A DNA stretch of 63,941 nucleotides, counting the filler, from Barthelona sp. PAP020 (taxonomy: Eukaryota): assembly GCA_040182905.1 (NCBI GenBank). It is 4 parts of 4 records of this genome, joined end to end, with 100 filler letters (N's around TTAATTAATTAA, not from the genome) between each part and the next. Parts side by side here need not be neighbours in the genome. Positions count along the whole stretch, not along the records: positions 1 to 16,329 come from JARQWU010000264.1; positions 16,430 to 32,562 come from JARQWU010000265.1; 2 more parts are not named here. The stretch is one strand, 5' to 3'. Made by a program: the position numbers and the translations under genes. The notes below the pieces were generated by a model that was not told where the DNA came from, did not search any database, and saw only the letters and a list, made by a program, of their open reading frames with translations. The first letter of the stretch is position 1. Every line of letters begins with the position of its first letter. Positions 9,900 to 20,078 of the stretch are shown in pieces.

Positions 9900-12800
9900 A
9901 TGACAACTAATTCTACAGCAGCTGAGTTACGAAGACGGCGGATGATGTTAAAGGAGCAACAAAAAGCTCAACAATTATTGGTTGAAAAACGACGTGAAGA
10001 ATTATTTCTTGATTCTTTGTTAAAAAAATCAAAAAAAGAGTTAAATATGGCTGAAAAGATGTATGAAGTTTCAAAGAATACTGAAATAATGGAAGAAAAA
10101 AGAAAACAAAGATTAATTGAAAAAGAAGAGCAACAAAAATTATTGAATGAAAAGAGAAGAGAAGCAGCATTACTACGTTTAGAAACAATGAAAGAAACTG
10201 TAAAAAAAGAAAAAGAAGAGTCTCTGGAAAAAATTGCCGTGTTAAGAAAGGAACGTCAGTTTAAAGAACATCAGGAGAATATTGCTTTTATTCAATCATT
10301 TATGCAGGATTACATGAAGTTCTTCAATAACTTTGTTGATCATTATGAAGCAACAAAATCGTTCAAAATATCCCCAGTATCGATCAGGGAATGGAAACAT
10401 CAATTGATTTTGGGAACAAACCAAGCGCTTAAAGATGAAGATGAAGAAGAAATGGTTTTGGATGAAATTTTGGATGAAGAGAGCTATTTATCCTTGTTGA
10501 AGATGAAAAATGAGTGGAAAGTTGAGCAAATACAAGGAATTGAGCTTCCAAAGGATGCAGATGAGGATTATCGAGTTGAAATTTCTGAGTCTGACAACAT
10601 GTCTCTGAATGTATTGTTTGAATCCTTATATCGTTTAGTTTATCCCCCTAGAATTCCTACTCCACCCCCTTCTGTGTATAAATTTCCCTTGAAGATAGGA
10701 TTTTTAGGATATGATCATTGTGGAAAAAGTGAACTTGTAAGATTGCTTGGAAAAAGGTTTTTGTTGCATCATTTTAAGATGGATGAATTGATTGATGAGG
10801 CTCTAGCAAAGAGTGAGGATTTGGATGAAAAATTGATCAACAATAGTAGTACGAAGAAAAAGAAGGGAAAAGGTGTTGATTTTTCTCCAATACTTCTTGA
10901 TGATGTTGAAGATTTAAAAATAACCAGTGATTTAGAAAGATACGACATGCAAATGGGTAAACTAGGTTTATATATAAAGCATTTTCAAGGAGGGAAGAAA
11001 GTCATTCCCGATATTGTATTGGCAAACATTGTGTATATTGCGAGTGCATATTTACCATTGAGATATGGAGCTGAAAAGTTGAATGAAAATGAAGATAATA
11101 AAAGTGGAATAGTTACATCAGACAATGAAATTCCGTTAGGTTGGATCATAGAGGGATTCCCAACTAATGCTCAACAACTTCAAGCAATAAACAGTATCGC
11201 GATGGGTGTTACATTTGAAGAAAGAAAAACACCTCGAAGCAAAAAACGTTCAAGTTCAACAGAACCTCCTATTGATCAATCACTCTCATTTTTTGATGGT
11301 TTATTTGCTTTCGATGTGTTAAGTGAAAGTGTAATTAATTATTGTACTCATTTATTTGTTGATGATGATGGTAAAGTGTTATACGTTGATGATCTGACTG
11401 AAATTAATGAAAAGGATTCCTTCAAACCTTTTGTTGATTCTCAAACATTGATGAAAAGTTTTGAAAATTATGATGTTACATTGTCAAAGATAGAAAACGA
11501 AGGATGTCGTACTTTCCATCAATTTTCCAAAGAAAATAAAGAAGAAATGAAAAATATCAGATGTGTTGATTATTATGAGGAAACTGAAGAACAGATATTT
11601 AGGATTTTGAAAAATGCTGAATTGAATGGAATGATTGAAGAAAGATGTAAAGAAATGGAAGTTTGGGACATTTATTCACATGATATTGATGAAATGGAAT
11701 CTTCTTTGATTAAAAAATTACAAAGTGTTGAAAAAGATGGTGATAAAGATAATCAACCAACAATTGAAAAGAAACACTATGGTATTGAAGCAGAAGAAGC
11801 TCAAAAATTGTTAGAATTATGGGAAGAGACGGATAATGTGTATAATAAAGCAATTAAGAAGTGTTTCTATATTCTTAAAAACAATAAACAAACGTTGATT
11901 GAAACGATATACGATTTACAAGATAAATTCAGAAAGTTGATTGTTGGGACAGTTCCCATCAATAAGAAGTTACATGAATTCCAAAAGCAATTCAATTCTA
12001 TTGGTTATGAATTGAGAGCCAATGAACAAGTTAAAATGGAATTAATGAGGGAAACAACTGAATTAAGGTGTTCAATTTATGAGATTTTAGATCAACGCAG
12101 AGAAGAGCTATTTGCAGAAAAGAAAAAGATAATTACATCTCAATTATTTAAAAATGTTGTAAGTATAGTTGGTAGTAGCTATTGTGATATTGTCCGTGTT
12201 GAAATCATACGTCTGAGAACGATAGTTGATTTAATTAACCAATATAAGGGATATTTAATCTGTGAAACACCTGTAGAGCTCTTGAACACCTTTAATTTGC
12301 CCATTGAAACCAAAAATAAAGGCAAAACCAATGAAAAGACTAGTAATGATGGAAATAAACCCAGTGACAAGAGAAAAAAAATTATAGAAGGTATCAAAAG
12401 CATTTATGATGTGTGTGCTGAAGTTTTATTTGAATATCCACCCTTAAACGAAGCATTTGAAGTTGCTATACAACAAGCTGATTCGATAAATGACTTAAAA
12501 GATGCCTTATTACAAGTACCTTTAGAAAATTTAGAAGAATTTGCGAAACATTGTTATGAAGCATTAATTGTGGAGAAAATTTTATTAAAGAGGAGATTAG
12601 CCTCATTGAATTATCTGAGTAATTGTGATTTTGAGGCAATTGAAGCCCAAGCGAAGGCATTGGAAGAATATTTCAATGATTTGCTCATTAAACAGTATTT
12701 GCATGATGTTCAACAAGTTAAAGGTTTAGTGGCTCATGTAATTGATCATATTACCGATGAGTCACCTCTGGAAGAAGCTCTTTATTTCAATAATGAACAC

Positions 12801-13622
12801 AAATTGATTATAGACAATTCAAAGGAATTATCAGCCCTTCCAGAGCCCAAAGAATTGTCTTGGGTTGCTCCTGTTGATGATGTTGAATTTTCTGATGCTC
12901 AATTGAAGCTGTTCATGGCTGAAATCAGAAATTTTGAAGGATATAGCAAGAAAATGGTGCATATTGAAGAATTAGCTGAATGGATGTATAAGTTAAGCAA
13001 TAATCAAACAGAGGTGCCTATTTTACCAGGTAAATATCAAAATTTGACTTTAAGCCACATCAAAAAAATGCTCAATTCTTTGAATCACAAGGATAATCTC
13101 ATTGACTGGAGATTATTCGTGATCAGATTTTTAAATAGGCAATTGGTATGTTTAAGAGATGATCTTGAACTTGAATTGGAGTTATTTATTGATTTTGATG
13201 GAACTAAAGACTCTTTGAGAATGCCAATTTTGATAAAGGACATTTTCTACGAATTGCTAGCGGATTCAAATGAAAATATCACTAGAACAAAGCTATTCTT
13301 GTATCTATCTTATGTTAAGGAATCCAGTTTGGAAAGCTTCAAGAGTGTTTGGAGACATTTGGAAATGATTAATGGTTGGACTGATAGATTATCAAAACAG
13401 TGCTTTGATGAAATCATCAATTTTGCTGTTGAACCTTTAACAGATAAAGAATTGGATAGATTGTGCCCAATAAAGTTTATAAATTTCGAATATTTCATAA
13501 AATATCCATTTGGCCAAAAATTTGTGCATCAATTAAAAAGATTTGTACATAAGCACTATTCCATTCAAATAGGTAGTCCTATAGGTTTGACTTTCACAAC
13601 GGAAGATATTCATATTGAGTAA
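9900..13622 (+). CDS. SPEF2: SPEF2/CPC1-like central-pair protein with a degenerate adenylate-kinase domain
   Basis: N-terminal coiled coil, P-loop-like GYDHCGKS, GWIIEGFPTN, and C-terminal EF-hand-like IDWRLF. First ATG at 9900; the ORF track uses an upstream TTG. Confidence 0.7.
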   Translation: MTTNSTAAELRRRRMMLKEQQKAQQLLVEKRREELFLDSLLKKSKKELNMAEKMYEVSKNTEIMEEKRKQRLIEKEEQQKLLNEKRREAALLRLETMKETVKKEKEESLEKIAVLRKERQFKEHQENIAFIQSFMQDYMKFFNNFVDHYEATKSFKISPVSIREWKHQLILGTNQALKDEDEEEMVLDEILDEESYLSLLKMKNEWKVEQIQGIELPKDADEDYRVEISESDNMSLNVLFESLYRLVYPPRIPTPPPSVYKFPLKIGFLGYDHCGKSELVRLLGKRFLLHHFKMDELIDEALAKSEDLDEKLINNSSTKKKKGKGVDFSPILLDDVEDLKITSDLERYDMQMGKLGLYIKHFQGGKKVIPDIVLANIVYIASAYLPLRYGAEKLNENEDNKSGIVTSDNEIPLGWIIEGFPTNAQQLQAINSIAMGVTFEERKTPRSKKRSSSTEPPIDQSLSFFDGLFAFDVLSESVINYCTHLFVDDDGKVLYVDDLTEINEKDSFKPFVDSQTLMKSFENYDVTLSKIENEGCRTFHQFSKENKEEMKNIRCVDYYEETEEQIFRILKNAELNGMIEERCKEMEVWDIYSHDIDEMESSLIKKLQSVEKDGDKDNQPTIEKKHYGIEAEEAQKLLELWEETDNVYNKAIKKCFYILKNNKQTLIETIYDLQDKFRKLIVGTVPINKKLHEFQKQFNSIGYELRANEQVKMELMRETTELRCSIYEILDQRREELFAEKKKIITSQLFKNVVSIVGSSYCDIVRVEIIRLRTIVDLINQYKGYLICETPVELLNTFNLPIETKNKGKTNEKTSNDGNKPSDKRKKIIEGIKSIYDVCAEVLFEYPPLNEAFEVAIQQADSINDLKDALLQVPLENLEEFAKHCYEALIVEKILLKRRLASLNYLSNCDFEAIEAQAKALEEYFNDLLIKQYLHDVQQVKGLVAHVIDHITDESPLEEALYFNNEHKLIIDNSKELSALPEPKELSWVAPVDDVEFSDAQLKLFMAEIRNFEGYSKKMVHIEELAEWMYKLSNNQTEVPILPGKYQNLTLSHIKKMLNSLNHKDNLIDWRLFVIRFLNRQLVCLRDDLELELELFIDFDGTKDSLRMPILIKDIFYELLADSNENITRTKLFLYLSYVKESSLESFKSVWRHLEMINGWTDRLSKQCFDEIINFAVEPLTDKELDRLCPIKFINFEYFIKYPFGQKFVHQLKRFVHKHYSIQIGSPIGLTFTTEDIHIE

Positions 13623-14015
13623 TGGATCAATAAAGTAGTTTCTTTGAGGTTAAAGCAAGTGTCATGTAATAAAAATGTTTGTGTAAAAGAGATTTTATTT
13701 TTCCTGTTTATGAAAGGCCAGATTAGTTTGTTAATACTTATAATTTTTCAAAAAAAAAAGTGAAAGGCAAAGATTCGGAAATTTGATGAAGTTGATGAGA
13801 TTCTTTTCAAATCTTCATGTTTGATCATCACAACTGAATTTCAACAACCCCTTTCTTTTGATTTAAACATTATTCAGTTTTTTATCATGATAGGTTTGTT
13901 TCACAGCCAGACCAAAATTCACTCCACTTTTATCTTTTGACATTGTTGTAATATCCAGTGGTGTCCAAATCAATAGGAACAAAAATATCAATTATAAATG
14001 ACTTTGCTTTTGTTT

Positions 14016-14897
14016 ATGCCAATTTAAGGGTACTACGCTAAGTTAAGGCAGTTGACCTTTATATTAAGCATGATATTGATCAAGTTGTTGTTCCAGATGG
14101 GTTCGATGTGGATGGATTTGAAGATAATGGTCGTCCAAAGAAGATATATTATGGAACATAATCTTGAGGTTGTCAAGCAAAGTGTCAAAGCTAGGATTGA
14201 TGTGAACAAGTAAGGTAATGAAGAAAGGACTTCGCTTTGCAGAGCTTGCTTTGATGGACATATCAACGTTGCTAAAATACTGTCACATCATGGGGCTGAT
14301 ATTAATTTACGCGATAATAATGGTGCTTTTCCATTGTGTATCAGTTGTCAAAAAGGTCATCTTGAAGTTGCTAAAATGCTGTGGAACATGCTACTAATGT
14401 TAATTTATGTATGAAGGATGACACTTCTTCATTGTATGCTAGTTGCAAACAAAGTCATATTGATATTGCCAAAATGCTTCTGGATTGTTCCAAAATAAAC
14501 CTATACGGCGTGAATATGCTGTTGTTTTTCAACAGATTGTTAGCAAGTGATGAAGAATGGCAAATGCACAATGAATGCCGCATTTTGAGGTGTCCTAACT
14601 TAAAAACAACAATTGGACAGTGGATTTAAAATTTGAGCATTTATCCAAATCTTTGTTGGTTGAATTGATAAAGAATGAGGGCTATTTTTTATCAACACTT
14701 GTTGCAATGAAGGTGAAGAGTGTCATCATTTGAGAATTTGTCAGTGCTGGAGTCTACATGAATCAAGGAGATTTTGACATTTCAATCAACTCTTGTTGGG
14801 ATTTGGTTGACATCAATGAAAGAAATGGGGCAATACGCTTCAGTATAGATGAAGAGATGAGAATGATGATAGTGATGACAGTGATGCAGATGATTAG
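14016..14897 (+). pseudogene. Disrupted ankyrin-repeat gene with C-terminal CWDLVDINE domain and acidic tail
   Basis: Ankyrin consensus across several frames (NLEVVKQSVKARIDVNK*GNEERTSLCRACFDGHINVAKIL..GADINLRDNNGAFPL..GHLEVAKML) with stops and frameshifts. DNA is clearly homologous to 63713-63941; C-terminus aligns with 39472-39738. Start coordinate approximate. Confidence 0.85.
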
Positions 14898-15777
14898 AAA
14901 GGGGTTGGTGGGATTAAATGTTTATCCAATGCATATTTTGTTATTAATATATTTCCTACATAAATCATAGTTTATTTGTTTATGAAATAACCGTTTGGAA
15001 AGGTTACCATTGAGTAACGAAAGGAGTGCAAAGAATGTCTTTTTTGCGTGTTAATTTCATATAGAAATTCCTGTTTCATTTGCTATTGTACTCTGATTCT
15101 TCATCTAACAAGCAGTAAAACGCCATGATCGACTTTTTGTTCAAAACGAAAAATGAAGTTATCTCATGTTTTATAGTTCTTAAAGAAGGTGCATGACGTT
15201 TTCATCGAACTCTGACGTATATATCAAATCTTTTTATAAGAGATCATGAGTAGGATTCATAACTTTAATCTCTTCAACTTTTTCACATTCAAAAGTAAAG
15301 ACTTGAGATTTTTGACTTGAAAAGAAACAAAAGACCACAATAGAATTCCTTCTAAAATTATTCTTTCTAATTCATAAGAATAAATTTTTCCAAATATTTC
15401 GGGATTAAACAGTTATGTGCATTTGATGAAAATAGAAAGAGCAGCATTTGTTCGGTCAAAGATTTTGAAGCTAGAAGGATTATTGAACCTTTTTATTTAC
15501 CAAAAGTGAAAGTTAAAACTTTATAATTTTGTTTTTGCCATGGACAAAGAAACAAGAAAAAAAATTAAGAGATATTTTCATACTTATTTATTAAAATTTC
15601 CTTTTAATTCTTTAATTCCCCTTTTCTTTAGAGTTTTGATTGAAATTTGTTGGAAAGATTTTTTTTAAATTTACTCTTTCTATAAATAAAGATATTTAAT
15701 TAACAACCAAAAAGAATGTTTTTGTTTAATTTTCCAAAAAGATGAATTTCTTTATATAAAAATTATAACGCATTGGA

Positions 15778-15850
15778 GCTTTCCTGGCGCATTTGGAAGC
15801 GCATCTGCTTTACACGCAGAAGGTACCGGGATCGAAACCCGGGGAGAGCA
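15778..15850 (+). tRNA. tRNA-Val(TAC)
   Basis: Cloverleaf: acceptor GCTTTCC/GGAGAGC, anticodon arm TCTGC-TTTACAC-GCAGA, T arm CCGGG-ATCGAAA-CCCGG, discriminator A, followed by TTTT. Confidence 0.95.
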
Positions 15851-15873
15851 TTTTAATTTGAAATAAAATCTTT

Positions 15874-15897
15874 TGAGGATCGAGTTTTCAAATTTCA
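15874..15897 (+). promoter_or_regulatory. Downstream B-box-like element, copy 1
   Basis: TGAGGATCGAGTTTTCAAATTTCA starting 24 nt after tRNA-Val; 20/24 identical to 16096-16119. Confidence 0.55.
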
Positions 15898-15979
15898 ACA
15901 TTGTTGTTGAAGAAAATTTCCATACAATTTTAAATTATTCAATGTTATTTTTTTTCATGTAATTCGAGTGTATCCCATT

Positions 15980-16072
15980 GCCAATGTGGTGTAGTGAGTA
16001 GCATTCTCGTCGACTATTGAATACGAATCAAATTAAGTTTGAGAGGTCTTCGTGCAAAGCGAAGCGTTGGCT
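15980..16072 (+). ncRNA. tRNA-like Pol III gene with a ~21-nt insertion in the anticodon arm; identity uncertain
   Basis: Acceptor GCCAATG/CGTTGGC, D stem GTGT/GCAT, T arm CTTCG-TGCAAAG-CGAAG, T6 terminator. The anticodon region is too long and non-canonical. Confidence 0.7.
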
Positions 16073-16095
16073 TTTTTAAACTCAAACTCTTTATG

Positions 16096-16119
16096 TGAAG
16101 ATCGAGTCTTTCAATTTCA
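16096..16119 (+). promoter_or_regulatory. Downstream B-box-like element, copy 2
   Basis: TGAAGATCGAGTCTTTCAATTTCA, at the same 24-nt offset from the tRNA-like gene. Confidence 0.55.
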
Positions 16120-16329
16120 CGTTAGGTACAAGAAAAGGTATACGAAAGCTATTATATACGGTGTGTTATTGAAATGAGTAGTTGGGAAAGCCTTGAATTT
16201 GAATCCTGGCTGTTTGAAATGACTTAGTTTCACGTTAGGTACAAGAAAAGGTATACGAAAGCTTTTATATACGGTGTGTTATTGAAATGAGTAGTTGGGA
16301 AAGCCTTGAATTTGAATCCTGGCTGTTTG
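16115..16329. repeat. 113-bp tandem repeat (~1.9 copies) running into the contig end
   Basis: TTTCACGTTAGGTACAAG... starts at 16115 and 16228; one visible mismatch (16151 A vs 16264 T). Confidence 0.95.
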
Positions 16330-16429
16330 NNNNNNNNNNNNNNNNNNNNNNNNNNNNNNNNNNNNNNNNNNNNTTAATTAATTAANNNNNNNNNNNNNNN
16401 NNNNNNNNNNNNNNNNNNNNNNNNNNNNN
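16330..16429. other. Artificial contig linker
   Basis: N44-TTAATTAATTAA-N44, giving stops in all six frames. Confidence 0.97.
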
Positions 16430-16617
16430 AACTAGTAAACAGAGGAGAGAAAGACGTTATATTGGATAAAGAAGAAGCAATGAGTCTTGTAACAGAAGCT
16501 GATCCTTTGGTTAGTGATTTTGTCAAGCAGATTTTGTCTAAAACGTGTGTATTGAAATTAACCAAAATGTTTAGACCTGAATATCCCGAAATTGAAGAAA
16601 CTGTTGAAGTGCAATAA
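16430..16617 (+). CDS. 3' fragment of an unknown gene truncated by the contig start
   Basis: Open frame LVNRGEKDVILDKEEAMSLVTEADPLVSDFVKQILSKTCVLKLTKMFRPEYPEIEETVEVQ* with coding-like composition. Confidence 0.55.
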
Positions 16618-16868
16618 TTTTTTTGCTGTTTTTTTTTTTGAAAATAAACAGATAATTTTTGCTTGTAAAAACTAAATATTTGTTGTTGATATTTTTTTTT
16701 GATTTTTCTTTGAATTACCAAACCAGTAAATTTATAGTTCAGTTTTAGGTGTTTAAAGCTGAAAATACTGTAATAGTATTATTAATTTTAATAAGAAACA
16801 ATTTGAATACAAATAAAATTGAAAAGAATTTTTTATTTTTCAATTTTGTCTTTCATATTCAAATATCT

Positions 16869-18770
16869 ATGCAAATTGAAAAGTATTTGGATAGTGATGG
16901 TCCGAAAGATCCAGAAAGTTTATTTAAAGAATCCAATTATGTCATTCGAAGATTAACGAACGAATTAAATGATGTATGTACTGAATTAGAAGAGTTAGGA
17001 GAAATCATTATGAACAAATCAAAAGAAATAGAAAAAGAATATGATGGAATAAAAGAAGATACGATAATAATTCAAACCGAAATAAATGATACTATTGGAT
17101 TTATTGATAATAAAATAACACAAACACCGAAATTTACTGAATTTAAACAATTATATAATGCTAGACAACGAATTAAAGATTTATTATCCTTAAAATTAAG
17201 ATTATTAAAAATTGAGGAAAATCTTTTTAAAGTTGGAAATTTTCCAGATTTTGAGAAGAATATTGAGCAAATCATACCGTTATTGCTGGATATAAATGAA
17301 AGTATAAATTCTGAAAAATTAAAAACAATAAATTCAAAAAGATTAAGAAGTTCATTAAGACAAGCTACTCAATATTTTGATATGTGTATTAGTTGTTATC
17401 AAGAACTATTGAAAAAAGAAGAAATAAGCATTCAACAAAAGATTAATTATTTAAGGATAATTAATAATTTAAATCCCAATTTGTTGGATGGTTCAATGGA
17501 AATCTTTTTAACAAGTTATTATCGACCAATCTTTAATATTCTCAATAGTTCCGATAATAACAGTTATCCTGAAGCAATCAAAAATTTTGGAATATCAACG
17601 TTAGCTTTATACAAATTATTGGCTGATAATTCCCTTGATTTTAGAGTTCATGATATTATATTGGATGTTATGAGGCCTAAATTGAAACAGCATGTATTGA
17701 AAGTTTCCCCAATATTTGAAGATTATATGCGTACAATGGATAGTATTTTATTGATGCAAAATAAATTTGAAAATGCAAACAAGGATAGAAAAATTTTTGA
17801 TATTTTTATCAAAGTTTATTTCACCAATTTAGACAGAATTTTACAAAAATTTCAGAATTATATATCTTCCCAATTCACAACTGTCTTTTATGGCTTTACC
17901 ATTGAGAAGTTCAAAGACTATTTTAATATTTTTGAGACAAAATTTTTGAAAAATTTTCAAAACATTTCACTTTTTTTTCCCTTTCATCATCAATTGATTG
18001 AATATTATTTTCAATTTATTAATTCATCGATTGAAAAATTATTTGAAGGTATAAAGACATATTTTGCTCAAACTAACAAGCCTTTTGATCTATTGTTGAA
18101 AGATTTTTTCATTTTATTTGATGAGTACTCAAAATTGAATTCAAAGCTGTTGTTAATTGATTTGGGTCCAATTTCAGAACCAAACTTAATGTTTGTTGAA
18201 ATATTTGGTCAACCAAAAATACAGAAATTGACCAGTGAATTTTCATTCAAATTGAAATTGGATGAGTTTCCTTTGATTATGGAGGATATTTTGAAAAATA
18301 TTTTCAATAGTTTTTCCAATATTTCCTCTGATAATATTCCTCAAGGAATGCCATCTTCTAACATTGAAGAATTATCCAATTTTTTGATGTTGTTGCCGAC
18401 AAAATTGGGTCAAACTTTTCAAAATCTTGAGAATGCTTTGGAAATCGATTGTATTACGTTTAGCAATAATATTTTATCTATTTCTTTTGAATATGGGGAA
18501 AAATGGCTATTTAAACAGCTTTTGAATGATGTAAATAGAAAAAAAATCCGATCCAAAAATCAGATTGTCACAAATATTGATTATTTTTCCAACATCTTAT
18601 CAACATTAAACCATAATTCGTTGATACCTTGGAAAAGCGTCAAGGGATGGTTTGTTATTCCTTTTGAAGATTTGTCTCAAATGAAAACTTCTATTCCTGT
18701 TGATGAATTGTCATATTATAATAGTATTCTCAAAGTTTTAAGAGTTGCTCCAGAAATAAATGATCTGTGA
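16869..18770 (+). CDS. COG7: COG7-like conserved oligomeric Golgi complex subunit
   Basis: N-terminal coiled coil and C-terminal PSSNIEELSNFLMLLP...QIVTNIDYFSNILSTL, resembling COG7 P.EYI..IGQY.M.LP and QLATDIDYL.NV..AL. First ATG at 16869. Confidence 0.6.
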   Translation: MQIEKYLDSDGPKDPESLFKESNYVIRRLTNELNDVCTELEELGEIIMNKSKEIEKEYDGIKEDTIIIQTEINDTIGFIDNKITQTPKFTEFKQLYNARQRIKDLLSLKLRLLKIEENLFKVGNFPDFEKNIEQIIPLLLDINESINSEKLKTINSKRLRSSLRQATQYFDMCISCYQELLKKEEISIQQKINYLRIINNLNPNLLDGSMEIFLTSYYRPIFNILNSSDNNSYPEAIKNFGISTLALYKLLADNSLDFRVHDIILDVMRPKLKQHVLKVSPIFEDYMRTMDSILLMQNKFENANKDRKIFDIFIKVYFTNLDRILQKFQNYISSQFTTVFYGFTIEKFKDYFNIFETKFLKNFQNISLFFPFHHQLIEYYFQFINSSIEKLFEGIKTYFAQTNKPFDLLLKDFFILFDEYSKLNSKLLLIDLGPISEPNLMFVEIFGQPKIQKLTSEFSFKLKLDEFPLIMEDILKNIFNSFSNISSDNIPQGMPSSNIEELSNFLMLLPTKLGQTFQNLENALEIDCITFSNNILSISFEYGEKWLFKQLLNDVNRKKIRSKNQIVTNIDYFSNILSTLNHNSLIPWKSVKGWFVIPFEDLSQMKTSIPVDELSYYNSILKVLRVAPEINDL

Positions 18771-19193
18771 ATTAATAATTTGAGTTTTCTTCTTTATTTT
18801 CATGTTTACAAATAACTTTTTAAACTTGAAATGGTTTGATCAAACAGCAACCAATGCGAAAATCTTGGGTGTGTTATGGAACTTCAATGACATTCATCTT
18901 TCTTGCAAATAATTAATGGGTTCCTCATCATAAAATAATTAAAAAGTATGTTTTTATTATAAGAATTGATCCATATGGATAATTTGTGAATTGAATTGAA
19001 TTTGAAAAGGGTTGAAGTTCGTTCCAATTGAAGATTTTTGGAATTTTCAGCTTGATAGTCAAATATTTGCATAAGAAATAACAAAATTGTATGCCATACT
19101 GATTAGAATAAAAAAGAATGGAGATTTTGGTTTGGCAAAAATTGACTTTCATTTTAATTGACAATATTTTATTAATTTTATAGTTACAAAACT

Positions 19194-19823
19194 ATGAATA
19201 CAGTTACTGATGAAGATTTGATTAATGAAAACGAAACCATTATTACTACATATGTTGAAAAACAATTAGAAAAAATTTTAAATATCAACATTGATGATTG
19301 GAAATCATTTATTGAACAAAAAAAATTGTTAATTGATTCCAAAGTAAAAGAAATGGATAATAACAAGGAAGAAGAAGAGAAAATTGATTTTCTCAAACTT
19401 GTTGAGATATTATCACAAGCTAATATCTATAGTAATGATAAAAAAATGCGTAATGATGATGATAAGACTTATATAATGCAGGATTTTATCGATTTAATAT
19501 ATGATTTGCCTCATGATGTTCCAAAAGTAATTGGCAGAGATTATATTACTTTAACTGATGGAATTTTGGCTGATTTGAAAGAAGATTTGTCCATTAATAT
19601 TAGTGATGTGTCAAAAGACAGTTCTATCAATCAAATTAATATTATTGTATATAATAGCTTATTGTCTCGAATAAAAGCTGCATTTTTAGAAAATCCCAAA
19701 CTTTCTTTGAGTGATTTTTATCAAATTTTCCCCATTTTGGATGATTCTACAAACAAAAATGATATGTTTCGAGGTTTAAACGATTTTCTTCACGATTGTG
19801 AAGTTGTTCTTGACAGTGTTTGA
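19194..19823 (+). CDS. Hypothetical helical protein
   Basis: 209-aa ATG ORF with no recognised motif. Confidence 0.65.
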   Translation: MNTVTDEDLINENETIITTYVEKQLEKILNINIDDWKSFIEQKKLLIDSKVKEMDNNKEEEEKIDFLKLVEILSQANIYSNDKKMRNDDDKTYIMQDFIDLIYDLPHDVPKVIGRDYITLTDGILADLKEDLSINISDVSKDSSINQINIIVYNSLLSRIKAAFLENPKLSLSDFYQIFPILDDSTNKNDMFRGLNDFLHDCEVVLDSV

Positions 19824-20078
19824 ATTTTATTCAACATGTAATGTGATTGTTTTTCTTTCTCTCAATTTATATTATATTATCGTTTATTTCATTCTTTTGC
19901 ATATTTTACAGATTAAAATGGTGAATAATTTGCAAATATATCATGAAAACTGTTTATTCAATTGTTTTATTTTTTTTTATAAACATTCCCCAATTATTTT
20001 TTTAAAAATTCACATTTATTCATTAATAAGAATCTCAATTCATAAAAAAAACACAAAATTATTGATTTATTTCATTCT

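Noticed and set aside
14033..14266. Minus-strand ORFs similar to the minus-strand ORF at 63677-63907
   Set aside because: Antisense shadows of the paralogous plus-strand ankyrin genes.
15120..15216. Possible C/D snoRNA (ATGATC...CTGA)
   Set aside because: Imperfect box C, no terminal stem and no identifiable guide.
16115..16329. Repeat considered as a CRISPR array or 5S rRNA
   Set aside because: No unique spacers, no cas genes, eukaryotic context and no recognisable 5S motifs.
16330..16429. Palindromic TTAATTAATTAA flanked by Ns, repeated three times in the window
   Set aside because: Identical 100-nt six-frame-stop linker added when contigs were concatenated. ORFs crossing it (16374-16721, 48837-49034) are artefacts.
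18884..19164. Short minus-strand ORFs with faint PITH-domain-like wording and a possible intron
   Set aside because: No convincing CTAAY branch motif and the similarity is too weak to support.
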